From assembly GCF_001194135.2 (NCBI RefSeq), contig NC_068994.1, positions 542,053-606,052 of the forward strand: a DNA stretch of 64,000 nucleotides. Direction: 5' to 3'. The DNA is from Octopus bimaculoides. Lineage: Eukaryota. Every line of letters starts with the position of its first letter. Within the stretch, counting starts at the first letter, position 1. A program made the translations under genes and the position numbers. Below, in pieces: positions 13,267 to 27,062 of the stretch. The notes under the pieces were generated by a model, which did no database searches, was not told the DNA's origin, and saw nothing but the letters and a program-made list of their open reading frames with translations.

Positions 13267-14116
13267 TCATTGTATTGTGTTCTTTTTGTTACTTTCTTTT
13301 AACTATTTTCAGTTTTTCTTTGCATGATATGTGTGTGTATGTTCATATATATGTATATATATCTGTGTGCGTATATATATTATGAGTGTGTGTGTGTGTG
13401 TGTAGAGAGAGAGAGAGGGGGGGGAGGAAGAAGAGACTATGAAGTCTTTGATAAACATAGACACATACATAAACATTCTTAAAAACACATAAACATACAT
13501 GGAATGTGATGAAGGTATATACACACTATACACACTGCACACCCTATACAACACCAACCCATAACAAGACACCTTCCTCCCCCCCCCACACCACCACCTT
13601 CTCTAAATAGACAAAGATGTTTGAAGTGAAACTTCCCTCTTTCTAAACAGGGATGACAGTTGGTGTATATACATGTGTGTGTGTATCTCTCTATATATTT
13701 GTGTATGTGTATGACAGTGTACATACATACATGTATGTGTGTATGTATACTTATGTGTGTGCATACTTATGTATGTACATTTGTTGTTTGTGCCTATATC
13801 ACTAATACATGTGTGTGTGTGTGTGTGTGTGTTTTCATGTATGTATACATTATATGATGTATATGAGGGTAAGGGTATATATAAGGCTATGTCTAATAGA
13901 GAGTGTATATTTGAACCTACCACAGCTCCTCCAAAGCCACTGTTTCAGTTTATTCCCTCAATATACCCCTATGTTATACCCCACAGGGGCTACCCCCAGA
14001 GTACCACACAATTGTAATGTACAGTATTTCTGTTATAAAGCTGTATAAAACATCTTATAAGCAGACTTTCAGGATTAATTAAAAACATTCAGGGATCAAA
14101 ATACACACATCTATAT

Positions 14117-14224
14117 TAGATAGATAGACAGACAGACAGACAGATAGATGGGGAAGTACGTAGGCTGGTAGGTAGATAGATAGACAGACAAACAGACAGG
14201 TAGGTAGGTAGGTAGGTAGGTAGG

Positions 14225-14294
<70 letters not shown>
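14117..14294. repeat. (GATA)n/(GGTA)n/(GACA)n tetranucleotide array
   Basis: Read directly from the sequence. Confidence 0.95.
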
Positions 14295-14404
14295 TAGTCA
14301 TGACTGTACAGTGATATGAAGTTTGCTTCTCAACTACATGGTTTTGGGTTCAGTTCCATTGCTTGACCACTTGGGCTACTGTCTTCTCCAATAATATGTG
14401 AGTC

Positions 14405-14745
14405 TGAAGGCAATGTGGTTAGGGGGGGGGGTATTTGGTTCACAGTTGTAAGGTTGTGAGTTCAATTCCCAACAGCACATTGTGTCCTTAAGCAAGACAC
14501 TTTACTTCACATTGCTCCAGTTCACTCAGCTGGCAAAGAGGAGTTGTACCTGTAATTCAAAGGGGCCAGCCTTGCCTCATTCTGTGTCATGCTGAATCTC
14601 CCTGAGAACTACATTAAGGGAATTTGTGTCTTTGGAGTACTCAGCCACTTGCACATTAATTTCACGAGCAGGCTGTTCTGCTGACTGGATCAGCTGGAAC
14701 ATTTATCATCATAACCAACGGAGTGCCAGTGTGTGTGTCTTGACA
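14405..14745 (+). mobile_element. tRNA-derived SINE family E (B box gagttcaattccc; core ttgtgtccttaagcaagacactttacttcacattgctccagttcactcagctg)
   Basis: Related segments at ~17500-17600, 30690-30830 (-), 33290-33420, 37660-37760 (-) and 61730-61915 (-). Boundaries are approximate. Confidence 0.7.
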
Positions 14746-17700
14746 TTGCATGATTGTTGTAAACGAGTGTCAGTGTCATACAAGCAGTGCCATTTCCAAA
14801 ATTTGTGAGAATGTGGCCATTGGGAAATATTACCTTGCATGGAAACAGGTGAGGATTGGGGGTGGGAAGGGCGTTTGGCTAAAGGAAATCTGCCTCAGTT
14901 AATTCCAACAAACCCATGCAAACAGAGAAAAGTAGACATTAAAACAATGATCATCATCATCATCATCATCATCGTTTAACGTCCGCTTTCCATGNNNNNN
15001 NNNNNNNNNNNNNNNNNNNNNNNNNNNNNNNNNNNNNNNNNNNNNNNNNNNNNNNNNNNNNNNNNNNNNNNNNNNNNNNNNNNNNNNNNNNNNNNNNNNN
15101 NNNNNNNNNNNNNNNNNNNNNNNNNNNNNNNNNNNNNNNNNNNNNNNNNNNNNNNNNNNNNNNNNNNNNNNNNNNNNNNNNNNNNNNNNNNNNNNNNNNN
15201 NNNNNNNNNNNNNNNNNNNNNNNNNNNNNNNNNNNNNNNNNNNNNNNNNNNNNNNNNNNNNNNNNNNNNNNNNNNNNNNNNNNNNNNNNNNNNNNNNNNN
15301 NNNNNNNNNNNNNNNNNNNNNNNNNNNNNNNNNNNNNNNNNNNNNNNNNNNNNNNNNNNNNNNNNNNNNNNNNNNNNNNNNNNNNNNNNNNNNNNNNNNN
15401 NNNNNNNNNNNNNNNNNNNNNNNNNNNNNNNNNNNNNNNNNNNNNNNNNNNNNNNNNNNNNNNNNNNNNNNNNNNNNNNNNNNNNNNNNNNNNNNNNNNN
15501 NNNNNNNNNNNNNNNNNNNNNNNNNNNNNNNNNNNNNNNNNNNNNNNNNNNNNNNNNNNNNNNNNNNNNNNNNNNNNNNNNNNNNNNNNNNNNNNNNNNN
15601 NNNNNNNNNNNNNNNNNNNNNNNNNNNNNNNNNNNNNNNNNNNNNNNNNNNNNNNNNNNNNNNNNNNNNNNNNNNNNNNNNNNNNNNNNNNNNNNNNNNN
15701 NNNNNNNNNNNNNNNNNNNNNNNNNNNNNNNNNNNNNNNNNNNNNNNNNNNNNNNNNNNNNNNNNNNNNNNNNNNATAATGATGATATTTGTGTGAAAGA
15801 GAGAGAAGTGGAGGAGGAAGTAGTAGGGAATGTTGTATAGATTGTTGGTAATCTTGGAGAAACATGAACCATTGAAGAATTTATGTGAACCTTTTAGTGG
15901 CACAGGGCCAATATTTGCTGCCAGCGAGCTTGATGGCTTATGTCATTTTATACCATGCATATATGCATACACACACATATATGTATGCATACATATAAGC
16001 ATACACACACACACACACAAGCATATATCTATATTTGCAAATACAAATATATTGTCATCATCATTATCGTCACAATTTAGCATCTGTTTCCCATGTTGTC
16101 ATAGGCTGGACAGCTCACTTCTTATACAACAATATTTCATGACTAGATTTTAGTCAGAAACCAACCATTCATTTGTTTCATTTTGACCCATGTCCTTCCT
16201 TTGTACCGCTGGCCATGTCCTTCCTATCTCTGACCACTTCACAGAGTGTCCCTTGATGGGTTTTTATTTTGGCACCAGTTTTAGGGAAGTGACCTGACCC
16301 TACTAAGGCTGCAGAGTTCCTTCATTGCCCTAAAATGTATCCATAGAATAGTGAGGACTGAATAGATAGACTNNNNNNNNNNNNNNNNNNNNNNNNNNNN
16401 NNNNNNNNNNNNNNNNNNNNNNNNNNNNNNNNNNNNNNNNNNNNNNNNNNNNNNNNNNNNNNNNNNNNNNNNNNNNNNNNNNNNNNNNNNNNNNNNNNNN
16501 NNNNNNNNNNNNNNNNNNNNNNNNNNNNNNNNNNNNNNNNNNNNNNNNNNNNNNNNNNNNNNNNNNNNNNNNNNNNNNNNNNNNNNNNNNNNNNNNNNNN
16601 NNNNNNNNNNNNNNNNNNNNNNNNNNNNNNNNNNNNNNNNNNNNNNNNNNNNNNNNNNNNNNNNNNNNNNNNNNNNNNNNNNNNNNNNNNNNNNNNNNNN
16701 NNNNNNNNNNNNNNNNNNNNNNNNNNNNNNNNNNNNNNNNNNNNNNNNNNNNNNNNNNNNNNNNNNNNNNNNNNNNNNNNNNNNNNNNNNNNNNNNNNNN
16801 NNNNNNNNNNNNNNNNNNNNNNNNNNNNNNNNNNNNNNNNNNNNNNNNNNNNNNNNNNNNNNNNNNNNNNNNNNNNNNNNNNNNNNNNNNNNNNNNNNNN
16901 NNNNNNNNNNNNNNNNNNNNNNNNNNNNNNNNNNNNNNNNNNNNNNNNNNNNNNNNNNNNNNNNNNNNNNNNNNNNNNNNNNNNNNNNNNNNNNNNNNNN
17001 NNNNNNNNNNNNNNNNNNNNNNNNNNNNNNNNNNNNNNNNNNNNNNNNNNNNNNNNNNNNNNNNNNNNNNNNNNNNNNNNNNNNNNNNNNNNNNNNNNNN
17101 NNNNNNNNNNNNNNNNNNNNNNNNNNNNNNNNNNNNNNNNNNNNNNNNNNNNNNNNNNNNNNNNNNNNNNNATTCTACCTGACAAGTAGACATCAAAATA
17201 TATTCCTAGATTCACTTCAGCTACCCCCCCCCACCCCACCCGGGTATATCAACCTAACTTCCCTCTGGGGTATATCGGAGCGAGTCAGAAGCAATTGTAT
17301 CACTTCTACACAACATCGTTTTTTTTATTTTCTCTCACTATACACTCCCCTATCTTATACACATCATGCTGTTGTACAAAAACTTCAGTACGTACATACA
17401 CACATACATCTGTATGTACACATATACATATGTCTGTATGTACATCCATAGATATTTATGTTCCTACATATTCTGCATTAAATGTAGAAGCAGTGATGAG
17501 TGACAATTGGAGTACTCAGCCACTTGTACATTCATTTCATCAGCAGCCTATTCTGTTGACGGGATCAACTGGAAACCCCATCGTCAGAAGCAACCAAGTG
17601 CCAGTTCATCTAATCATTGAAGGTCCTTTTTATAAAAGTTGCCGCCCACAAAACATGGTCTTTTCCCACACACTTGCCCCAACAGAACAGACCTTTCTCA

Positions 17701-19494
17701 ATCGGCCTTAAAATCAGAACAAAACTCCATCTGTCCCTTTGGAATAAACTAAGTTTTAGTGGAGAATGGCATCAAACCAAATGAGCAGTTTTCTGCTACA
17801 TGGAGTTGGTCATTCGGACTTACTGGCATACACACACATGCCATTGTTGTACTGGTGCCACATAAAATGCACTCAGGTGACTCTGGTATTAGGAAGGGCA
17901 TCTGGTCATAGAAGCCATGCCAAAACAGACAAATGGTGCCTGGTGCATAGATTCTATCAAACTGTCCAACCCATGCCAGCATGAAAAACTGATGTTAATT
18001 GATGATGATGATGATGCATGTATATATACACTCATACCAGTTGAGTATATACACAAATATACAGCCACACACATACACACACATGCACACGTATGCATTA
18101 TTGACAAAAATGTGGTAGATGTTTTCCATGAATGCTACATGTTCTTCACAAAAGTTTCATCATTTTCCCCCATCAAACATGGCTTCCTTGTCCAGATTTT
18201 ATTATTTCTCAAAATGGAATTAGAATTTTATTTTCAAATCCGCAGACTTTGTGTTGCTTGGACTGGCCCTGCTCAGCCCACATCAACATGATTTACTATA
18301 AACATGTTGTATACACAAATATATCCACACTTCTATTTCTGTGAAGCATAAATCTCACAGTGAGGGTGTGTGTGTGGACTAACCCTATTCAGCTGGGGTG
18401 GGCTGGGAGGGAGAGACAGACAATCATACAAGCTATAAGGGTACATCCTACACTGGGGGTGTGGGGACTGTTGTTATATTGATTTATGTAAAGATGTCTG
18501 TTAAAGGATCTTGATCCTTAGTTCCACTAAATTCTAACTACCCACCCCAGCATGAAGCCTCTTCTTAAATTTTCATTTTTTTCTCTCTACCCCTTCCACA
18601 CACCCTCACCCTACCATTATGCTAGAAATAACAGCAGAATCTCCCTCAAATTACATCTTATAGCCTTTAAAAGGGAGTGACACATTAAATACTGTGAGGC
18701 ATATGGTCATGGATGGATTGTATTTGATCCTATATTTATTCAGTCACAGCTATCCAACACTCACCACCTAGTACTACCACCACCACCACCACCACATTGT
18801 CATCTCAACCTCCTGTCACCCAGTAAAGTTCCTTCATCAAGGGTCACTTACCTCTGAACCCTTCATTGTCTGGTTATAAAATAGGGGGAAGCCAAGCATG
18901 AAGTGGGGGGAGGGTACTGTGTAAAGGTGATAAGGTAGGTATGTCAATCATGGTGGGGGTGGGAGTGGCTATTGCTGCCAAGAACATTGTCTACCTCACA
19001 CCTTCTCTCCCTTTATACCCTCCACCCACTCTCTCTACACTCCCCTCCCCCTCCCTCTACTCCAAGCAATCAGGGGAAAGTGTGTAAAGATACTAGAAAT
19101 AATAGCCTGTCATCTTAAAAGGGGAAGGACACTAGAGAGTGCAGTGGTGACACAGGAGTAGGGGGTCTCTCCCATAGTAATAGCTGTAGTAATGGTGGTG
19201 GTGGTCATAATGAGCTGTGTGTCACTATGTGGAAGATGGCGACTACCTCACATGCTGGGTAACATTCAAAGAGGAAAGTCTACCGACAATACAGCTTGTT
19301 GTAGAGGGGAGGGGAGAGGTAGCAGTAGTATGAATGGTGGTGGTGGTGGTGGTGGTGGTTGTTATTAGTTCCTTCTCAAGCTATGCCTGGCTCATTGGCC
19401 TATAGGTCCCCCACCTGGACGGGACGCCACAGGTGAACTGCTAGATGCAGGAGGAGGAAAGAAGGAGAGAAAGTTGCAGCAAAAGAATCAGCAG

Positions 19495-19890
19495 AATATG
19501 GGACAAAAGACTGAAGGACAACCTTCAGATGAAATGAGAAAAGGCTGAGATACCTGGCACACCTTGCTGTGCTCAAGAAGACCTGTCCTCCACAATGTTA
19601 CGGGGGGGGGGGGCCTCTCCCTGGGGAAGAGCATGGACTTACAAGAGTCCTGTGCTGCGACCACATAAAAGCCCTTGTGTCAGTGCCATATGAAAAACAC
19701 CCAGTGGCACACCACACTCTCAGAGTGGTTGGCATTATTAGGAAGGGCATCCAGCTGTAGAAACCAAGCCCAATCAGACTGGAATTTGGTGCAGATCTCC
19801 AGCTTACCAGTTCCAGTCAAACTGTCCAACCCATGCCAGCATGGAAAACAAACGTTAAAGGACGATGATGATGATGATGATGATGATGAT
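19495..19890 (+). mobile_element. 5'-truncated RTE-clade LINE 3' end (…AVLKKTCP) plus 3' UTR and (GAT)n tail
   Basis: gctgtgctcaagaagacc matches the ORF2 C-terminus seen at 43035-43053 (-). The tail ccaacccatgccagcatggaaaa…cgttaaa(gat)n recurs at 8790-8890, 14940-14994 (-), 17860-18015, 30170-30210 (-), 46725-46755 (-), 50240-50300 (-), 54715-54960 (-) and 63185-63380 (-). Confidence 0.75.
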
Positions 19891-20195
19891 GATATATATA
19901 ACTACAAATAATATGGGTGTCTTATTAGCAATTCAACAACCTAAAGGCAAGTTCATAGACATCAGTAAAGTGACAGAGGATACTAAGTGGTAACCAGCAT
20001 TGCTAGAAATAAAAGTCAAAACAATTTAATAGCCATAGAAGCACTATCTTAATGACTGACAAAGGAGACAAGCTCCCCCTAGTGGACATAGCCAGATCAC
20101 AGAGGATTTTGACTTTTGATGCAGAACATCTTAATTCTCATTGGTGGCTCTTCCTGTGCCTAGGGTTAAACTCACTCTTTCTCTGTGTGTGTGTG

Positions 20196-20263
<68 letters not shown>

Positions 20264-22251
20264 TGTACATACATACATCCATACAGTTACCAGCAAAGAA
20301 AGACATACAAAGAGGAGGAGGAGGTGGCAGTTGATGATGGAGTGTGTGTGTGTGTGTGTGTCTTTGGAGGCAATTTATATCAATGACATGATAAATGTAT
20401 ATGTCTGTGTGGACGACATCACGTGTGTATATGTTTATACACCTGTGTATGTGTGTAGAGTGGAAGGTTTGTGACTTTCCATACAATTAAGGTCTCAGAC
20501 AAATTGATATTTTGTTTGAAGTAAATTACTCACCTTACACTCTTCTTTATACACACTCCACTGTGTCAGGCAGTCAGTGTGTGTGTGTATGTATGTGTCT
20601 GTGTGTGTATATATGTGTGTATGTATGTGTATATATATATATGTGTGTGTGTGTGTATGTGTATATATATGTGTNNNNNNNNNNNNNNNNNNNNNNNNNN
20701 NNNNNNNNNNNNNNNNNNNNNNNNNNNNNNNNNNNNNNNNNNNNNNNNNNNNNNNNNNNNNNNNNNNNNNNNNNNNNNNNNNNNNNNNNNNNNNNNNNNN
20801 NNNNNNNNNNNNNNNNNNNNNNNNNNNNNNNNNNNNNNNNNNNNNNNNNNNNNNNNNNNNNNNNNNNNNNNNNNNNNNNNNNNNNNNNNNNNNNNNNNNN
20901 NNNNNNNNNNNNNNNNNNNNNNNNNNNNNNNNNNNNNNNNNNNNNNNNNNNNNNNNNNNNNNNNNNNNNNNNNNNNNNNNNNNNNNNNNNNNNNNNNNNN
21001 NNNNNNNNNNNNNNNNNNNNNNNNNNNNNNNNNNNNNNNNNNNNNNNNNNNNNNNNNNNNNNNNNNNNNNNNNNNNNNNNNNNNNNNNNNNNNNNNNNNN
21101 NNNNNNNNNNNNNNNNNNNNNNNNNNNNNNNNNNNNNNNNNNNNNNNNNNNNNNNNNNNNNNNNNNNNNNNNNNNNNNNNNNNNNNNNNNNNNNNNNNNN
21201 NNNNNNNNNNNNNNNNNNNNNNNNNNNNNNNNNNNNNNNNNNNNNNNNNNNNNNNNNNNNNNNNNNNNNNNNNNNNNNNNNNNNNNNNNNNNNNNNNNNN
21301 NNNNNNNNNNNNNNNNNNNNNNNNNNNNNNNNNNNNNNNNNNNNNNNNNNNNNNNNNNNNNNNNNNNNNNNNNNNNNNNNNNNNNNNNNNNNNNNNNNNN
21401 NNNNNNNNNNNNNNNNNNNNNNNNNNNNNNNNNNNNNNNNNNNNNNNNNNNNNNNNNNNNNNNNNNNNNNNNNNNNNNNNNNNNNNNNNNNNNNATTGTG
21501 GTGGTAGTGGTGGTGGTGGTGGTGGTAACATTGATATGATGTTCATCATTATTAACGGCATCATTGCAATATACTTTTAAGGATATTTAACTGTTGTTTC
21601 TAGCTTATTGAACAAACCCCTCAGATTTGTTCTTTCATTTTTGTTGCTGTTGTTTAACCTCTACTGTATATGGAGCAGTCTCATTAAGGAAGCCAACCAC
21701 GACCACCACCACTGTTCTAGATTCTAATGTATCTAGGACTACATTATCAATGATTTATTCCTATTTTAGGGAGATGTGACTGCTATTTTTAGCAGGTAGC
21801 TGAGAAACATTTGACATCAATATATTGATCCACTTGTGATGTAATGTTGCTAGATTCTGTTTGCTGATCTTGGGGGAGTATTTGCCATAGGGGACTATTA
21901 GCCTATCCAGGGGATGATATATTTTACATCTATTTAACTCTACAACCAATAACACAATGCGTATTTCTATGATATTATTTTGGATTGTCTTTAGATTGAC
22001 TTGGAATGGAGGTGCTGAGTCTTTCATCTGTTTTGTCTGGGTTAAATTTTTTCTACTGCAAAGACAGCAGGAAAACTAGATGCCATGCTTGACCGCTGAA
22101 ATCTTCAAGTTTTTTTCATTGTCTCTCCGTTTATTTTCTCTTATTCTTTTCTGTTGAAGAGTGTAGGCTAAATACGTATAAGACTTTTTCATTTTCCCAA
22201 GCATCAAACTAATACACCTGTCTTTGGCTTTTGTTTTTCTATAAATTTCAA

Positions 22252-22293
<42 letters not shown>

Positions 22294-22339
22294 CATTATT
22301 TAGACTTGACAGATATTTGTCCTCATCTTGTTTGTTGTT

Positions 22340-22382
22340 AACACGTTTCAGCTGATATACCCTCCAGCCTTCATCAGGTGTC
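22340..22382 (-). ncRNA. Degraded hammerhead-like motif (left arm copy)
   Basis: Minus strand reads GACAC-CTGATGA-a-GGCTG…CAGCT-GAAA-C-GTGTT. A 3-nt deletion removes the cleavage triplet. Confidence 0.45.
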
Positions 22383-22440
22383 TTGGGGAAATTATGAACC
22401 TGGGTTCTCATTCTTAAGGTATTTTTCGATGTTGTTGTTG

Positions 22441-22534
<94 letters not shown>

Positions 22535-22693
22535 GCCTACGGACATATGGCATAGTGGTTAAGAGCACGGGCTACTAACCCCAAGATTCTGAGTTCGATT
22601 CCAGGCAGTGACCTGAATAATAATAATAATAACAACAACAACATTAAAAAAAAATACGTTAGGAATGAGAACCCAGGTTTGAAATTTCCCCAA

Positions 22694-22739
22694 GACACCT
22701 GACGAAGGCTGGAGGGTATATCAGCCGAAATGTTGTGTT
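22694..22739 (+). ncRNA. Minimal type-I hammerhead-like motif (right arm)
   Basis: GACAC-CTGACGA-a-GGCTG-gagggtatat-CAGCC-GAAA-T-G-T-T/-GTGTT. Stems I and II pair. Stem III has no loop; the consensus of the two arms gives the palindrome AACGTT. Confidence 0.6.
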
Positions 22740-23750
22740 AATAACAAACAAGATGAGGACAAATATCCATCAAACGTAAATAATGTAAATAATGTACATA
22801 ATTCCTCATCTCTTAAATATAGAACTGTATATGTATATATATAGATATATATATATATATGTATGTATGTGTATGTGTGTATACACCCACTATTATTTCA
22901 GCACAGTATGGACAATGGTATCATCAATCAGAAAGACCAAATTCAAAATCCTTATTCAGTTCCTGTTTGAACCTTCCTATCTCCACCCACCCCCACTTTC
23001 TCTGAGTGCGTTTAACAACTTCTTCCATTGATGTTTTAATGTTATCTACATCACAGAGTCATCTCCATCTGAAAGAATCTTATATTTAGGATAAAAAAAA
23101 ATCTCTCTATAATCTCACTTTTATAGAAATAGTGTTAAAAACATGTCACAACCAGATGACAATGAGTTTGTGTCTAGAACTGGATTGCTACACAACTCTT
23201 TAATATCTAAAAACACTAAAAACTATTGTTTTGTTTCAACCATTTTGATTTTTGTTGTTTTTTTCCTCTTTCTTTCTTCCACCCGGGTGTCCCCCCCCCC
23301 TTACATTTCCCCCCTGATAAATACTTGTTACTTTAAACTGTTTTAAATACTTTTCGTATTTCACTCTGGTCTTCGTTCCATTATTATTTCGGTAATTCAA
23401 ACCTTTTATAACAATCTGTGGCGCCACAACACAGAAACAAGATCCTCCTTTTTCAGGGCAAAGACGTTTTTCTTTCTTCTTCCCTGCCTTTCTTCTTCCC
23501 TGCCTTTCTTCTTCTTCTTCTTCTTCTTCTGTTAGTGAATTCCTTTATATTCTAGCTCCTTCATTTCTCTAAATTCTTCCCTATTCAAGCTCATTCTTTC
23601 AGTTTCTTCTGATTCCTGGCAACTTACCATTCACCGTTACTAACTGGGATCATGCTTCAGGCACCAGTATTTGTTGATTTAGCTTCTTTATTATTATTGC
23701 TGTTGTTCTTCTTCTTCTCCTTGCTATCACCACCACTGCCTACAATAATG

Positions 23751-23827
<77 letters not shown>

Positions 23828-24135
23828 TTCTTTATTTGCCACAAGGTTGACATGTAAGGGGACATCACAGGACAAATTACAAGAAAAACATTTGGGGATT
23901 TTACAGAAACAAGATAAAAATCAAGTATGAAACAACAACAACAACAATAATCATGCTAGCTAATAGATTGATGTAATTAGCAACTGTTTAGATAAGTTTC
24001 TTTTTTACTTACAAGATTCCAAAGACATTGTTTTCTTTAAGAGTTCTTGTTTTCTGTTGACGGAGGAATTTTTGACAAAACTTCAAAGTAATCCATCATT
24101 ATCAATATTACTACTACTACTACTACTACTACTAC

Positions 24136-24171
<36 letters not shown>

Positions 24172-25985
24172 CCACATCTGCTGCTGCTACTATTATAACA
24201 ATGGTGTGGTGTTATATGTGTAACCCAGTTTAAATCCCTTGTAAGAACTACTGGAGAAAACATCCCCATCACTTCAATATTTTCTGATTTGTCTCCTCAA
24301 TTGATGTTGTATGCTGGAGTTAGATTGATGTGATGGGGAAGAGGATGTTATACAGTAACAATCAACCAACTTTGTTCATTTGCTACAGCATGGCCAGTAC
24401 TGAGGGATTCAATATGTCTCCACCACCTTAAATACTTCCCTCTCCCCTACATATTCATTATGAAGTTGGTTAAAATGCCTTGTGGTAGTTGTGTCACCTC
24501 TTTACATTCACATTTCCAATCCCTCTCAGGCCAGCTTTATTATTCATCCCTCCAGTGATGAAAGATAAAATAAAGTACCACTCATGTACTAGGGACCATT
24601 ACAATCAACCCCACCAAAAACAAAAAAAAACACATACAACTTCTAACATTCTACGTAATTTAGAAACAATATTATTGTTGTTGTTGTTATTATTATCATT
24701 GGTGGTGGTGGTGGTAGCTGTAGTCCTCTCTCAGCCCTGATGGGGTAGACTATGCTCAATAGGATTCCAATTGTGACCATCCTGTCTTTTTGCATATTTA
24801 AGACCACATTATTTAATGTCTTTCCTTTTTCATAATGGTACTGTTGGGTGGGGGGGGGTGTATTTCTAGCAGTGCCAGTAACCATATAAATGCCTCTTGA
24901 GGTGATGGTGGGGTGGAGTAGAAANNNNNNNNNNNNNNNNNNNNNNNNNNNNNNNNNNNNNNNNNNNNNNNNNNNNNNNNNNNNNNNNNNNNNNNNNNNN
25001 NNNNNNNNNNNNNNNNNNNNNNNNNNNNNNNNNNNNNNNNNNNNNNNNNNNNNNNNNNNNGGGGGGGGGGGCCATTATCTGTTGAGATGTCTCTATGATA
25101 TGCCACTACAGGTGTAGCAACAGCTGTTATTCAGCAAGTCTCTCCACTCATCCATGCTCTTCATCCTTCATCACATACGTAAAAAAAGATATGCTGCTAC
25201 CATGTGCAAGTATTTGCTAAGCATTTGTACCAAACAGCCAGCTCGTTACTGTAATTAAAGAAGCTGAGTGGTGGGGGGGGGGATGGCAGTGTTGTTTGCC
25301 TGTTTGTTTTCTGCTCGGTTACCCTGGTTACCCAGTAAATGGTTGTTGGATCCGTCTGATCATGGCTCAGCTTCCCACAAACACCAACATCTGCTTCCAA
25401 AAAACACACAACTCTGAGGAAATGTCAAGTACCTCAGTCGGAAGTAGCAAGGTCAGGGTTGGGCTTTCATCTCCGACCTTGCTCACCCGGGGTGGATATG
25501 GGGTGCAGGGGTGTGGCCTTTGTCTTTATCTTCACCTTCTGTTCAGTCTCTGTCTTGTCATATATACATGTATGTGTGTGTGTGAGTATGACGATGTAAG
25601 TAAGCGTATGTGTGTGTGAGTGTGTGTGTGTGTTTATAAACACCCCTATACTTCTTAAATTGTTTGCTGAGAGGAGTGAAATGAAGTAAGCATCTTCAAG
25701 GGTAGTACTCAATACACAATCACATAGAACAAATACAGAATTAAGAAACACACTACACATGTACACATATGCACACGTACACACTCACACATATACCGAG
25801 CTTCGACACAGTTTCACTCACAAGGCATTTGTTGGCCAAGGGCTCCTATGGAAGACATTTGCCCAAAGTGCTGCACACACTAGTACTGAACCTGGAACCA
25901 CATGGTTGCAAACAAAACCTTCTTAACCACACAGCTGTACCCACATACAGATATGTACACACACACTTACACATACATTTATATA

Positions 25986-26018
<33 letters not shown>

Positions 26019-26084
26019 TATACATTGTAACCCCAGGGAAACATCTTTTCCAGCTGGTTAATGATTCACAACCTGTGTCTGATA

Positions 26085-26220
26085 TATTATGAGTAAGGGA
26101 GCGAATCACTCCCCTCCAGTTTGGCAAGACCAGTAGACCATGGCTTCTGGGTCTTTACCTGTCATCGGTACTGGATACCTACCTGCTAGAAATGGCAGTC
26201 ATTTATCCCTACTCACAATA
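26085..26220. mobile_element. Small inverted-repeat-bounded element (MITE-like)
   Basis: tattatgagtaaggga (26085-26100) pairs with tccctactcacaata (26206-26220). Confidence 0.45.
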
Positions 26221-27029
26221 TATAAACAGAAGCAACAGACAGTCACTGATCTCATAACAAGCAAAGTAGAGCTAGTCGTGACTGGACACAATTGCTCAGT
26301 CAAGGCTTAACCAACAACAATTATCACATGTATTTCATCACCACTAATCAACCTCTGGAAAATAACAGCTTCATCTCTCTCAATTTACTATCTTAAAAAG
26401 TGATAGCAACACCTTCACTATAGATGTAGTGGCCATGGCTGGATTACATGTCTTCCAGTGATGGTTTACATGTGGCTAAATAACATCGCTAATAATAGAC
26501 ATCATAGAGCCAACACAAGTTCAAACTTCCAGCAAGAAATAGCAGCCAAGTGTCCCTTAAATTTCATCCTTAAAAGAAAAAACACAAAAAGACAGGATCA
26601 TGAAACTAGAACAACTTTGCTCATGTGTTAAGGGCAAACCTGGGGTTAAACAAGACCAGGCGAAGCATTCACTGTGACACTGCTTCCAGTGTATTATGGG
26701 TAATGTCTGCCCCAGACTTGGTGGAGTTTATTTCAGAGCAGTAAACGACTGGATGTAATTGTTAATAATTGAAGTAGCTCAGCAAATCTATGCGGAATGT
26801 TGTCATGTAAAAGAGGACAATTAGTGAATTATGTGTGGAATATATTGGCAGAGAAAAGGTTATTCTATGAAGTCTAGAATGTTCTGGATCATTAGAGAGA
26901 ATTTCTGAAAACTCAAAAATTAGTCAGGACAATTATTTCATAGCAACACCTTTCTACAAACAGTAATTGGAGATACAAACGTGTGTGTGTGTGTGTGAGC
27001 ACACACACACACATATATATGTATGTATG

Positions 27030-27062
<33 letters not shown>

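Larger units (their letters stand above)
22291..22785 (+). mobile_element. tRNA-headed, hammerhead-bearing element with long inverted arms (Penelope/retrozyme-like architecture)
   Basis: Left arm 22291-~22533 is the reverse complement of right arm ~22616-22785. The centre 22534-22615 holds A box TGGCATAGTGG (22548-22558) and B box GTTCGATTC (22593-22601). Confidence 0.8.

Noticed and set aside
22534-22615. Functional tRNA gene (anticodon-like ACT)
   Set aside because: Acceptor and anticodon stems are incomplete and there is no T-run terminator; it is interpreted as an element head.
23652-23930. Signal-peptide-like ORF MLQAPVFVDLASLLLLLLFFFF… with a phase-1 GTAAG
   Set aside because: The hydrophobicity comes from (TTA)/(TTC)/(ATA)n microsatellites, and the exon would include ~25 Ile. 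The 5426-5504 exon fits far better.
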